Assembly (NCBI GenBank): GCA_043228905.1
Contig: JBHGNT010000010.1
Span: 16,244,001 to 16,308,000 of the forward strand
DNA: 64,000 bases
Source of the DNA: Azolla caroliniana
Lineage: Eukaryota; Plantae; Polypodiophyta
Direction: 5' to 3'
Below are positions 62,484 to 64,000 of this stretch, one piece after another (the stretch's first letter is position 1; every line of letters starts with the position of its first letter). The notes beneath the pieces are model-generated. The model made no database searches, was not told the origin of the DNA, and worked only from the letters and a program-made list of their open reading frames with translations. The translations under genes were made by a program, and so were the position numbers.

Positions 62484-63788
62484 AGCACAATATGCCTATT
62501 GGTATCAAAATCTTGGCAGCCCATTAAGAAAGATGCTTAGAAGATTTTCTGCAGCATATCATATAGGCTTTTACACTCCAACCCACAAGACTGAACAAAC
62601 CCTGAGCTTGTTCATGAAAATCCTAATATCTGAAAAGAGCAGATAAAAACAATAGATCAGAAAATCTTGCTGTTGAATCAGAAAAGGATCAAATTCAAAA
62701 CCCCAAAATTTTATTGGAAAATAACAGATCAGAAGCCCTAAATCTATAATCAGCTGACAGTCACCAGAATTCCTAGTTTTTGGCATAGTAGAGGTTGATG
62801 CTCTCTTCATGAGACATTGTTTTTTCTCTTAAAATATCCTATTTAGCTGCGAAATCTTGTCTGCATGCTGGAATTCCAAATGGTGGTTTTGCTAGCATTA
62901 ACTAGCCTCGACAAACTCAAATGTCCAAGCATTACTGCCGTTGACATATATCTTAACTGTTAATGAGGAGACCCTCAATATTAATGTCCAATTTAAAATA
63001 TATCACTCAGGTTCCTAACTATCCATTTCAAAATTTGACTATATCATCTCACAGTGACACATCCGTCGTCACTCTTGACATTTTACTAGTCAATGAATGT
63101 ACATGTTAGACCTTTGCCGTGGCCCCAATCACCATGCTTACAGCACACAATTGCTAGTGACTCAGCCTTGTTCACAAGTGAAAATTGTTGATTCACACAA
63201 CCTTAAATATACCACTTAATGCTTAGGAAGTACATAATTTCTTACTCATGAAGTGACTGCCATATTACTTTTTCATGCAAAGAGCTTAAACCTACGTGTG
63301 GTAAAATAAATTGCAACAATTTGATGTTAGATATACCTTATGAAGTATCTTCCAAGAGGAAAAGAAAGATACATTAACATATTTTAAGTGACTAAAATGG
63401 ACGATAAGACCAAACAAGAGATTACGTCTTAAAATGCATATATTTGTGTAAAATGAAGTGTTTGTAGGACTCTAAAGTGTGCACATTGCTCCATGCATTT
63501 TTCTAGAATATGAACAAGCAGCATATGCAATATAGGTGTCGTACTGAAAGGATAATAGCATATGAACGAGTTGTATTAGAAGGTTTCTTTGCGTGAAAAT
63601 TGTTTAGAATGCTTTATGGAAGGATATCATCTCTATGTTATTGTAAATGGTTTTTTTTGGACTTTTAAAGAAAAAGTAAGTGGGATCTCTAAGTAATTGA
63701 ACTATTAATTGAGGACCTTGATTAGCTGCACTCTTTAGTATGTCCTTACACTATTTTAACTAGCGTGCAATGAATGTGCTATTTTCAG

Positions 63789-64000
63789 GATTTTCTATTT
63801 AATGAGCTACACCAAGTGAAAGAAATCTATCCTCATGGCTTCCATGGCGTTGATAGAGAAGGAAGGCCTGTGTACATTGAAAGATTAGGGAAAGTTGACC
63901 CTTACAAACTTGTCAAGGTTACCACAGTGGATAGATTCTTGAAATATCATGTCTTAGAGTTTGAGAAGACATTCAACATAAAGTATCCAGCATGTTCAAT
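63789..64000 (+). CDS. Sec14-like protein coding exon 3 (CRAL-TRIO domain), runs off the window
   Basis: TTTTCAG acceptor; [38 protein letters not shown]...[18 protein letters not shown]. Confidence 0.95.

Overview
Eukaryotic, plant-type genomic DNA, most consistent with a non-seed plant such as a fern (inferred from Tcn1-like chromoviruses with group-I chromodomains and the PPR style). Two host genes flank a large transposon field: an intronless PLS-class PPR gene (4487-7009, with its E2/E+ tail frameshifted) and the first three coding exons of a Sec14/SFH phosphatidylinositol-transfer protein gene (58014 to >64000). Between them lie decayed Ty1/copia elements, RTE- and L1-type LINE fragments, MITE-like foldbacks and two nests of Ty3/gypsy chromoviruses with resolvable LTRs and 5-bp target-site duplications (TSDs): 23929-32172 contains 24715-30479 and a solo LTR; 38135-55614 contains 39693-51904, which contains 43931-49032. 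The most notable signals are in the Tcn1-like elements. (i) A tRNA-like A-box/B-box module sits antisense at the U3 end of every LTR family. (ii) A Tf1-style self-priming signature co-varies across three families: a PBS complementary to 11-12 nt starting 32 nt after the TATA box. (iii) A -1 frameshift heptamer plus stem-loop is conserved at the gag-pol junction. (iv) A perfect 347-bp LTR palindrome suggests an inside-out inversion of one element. All coordinates and alignments were read by eye; no database searches were run.
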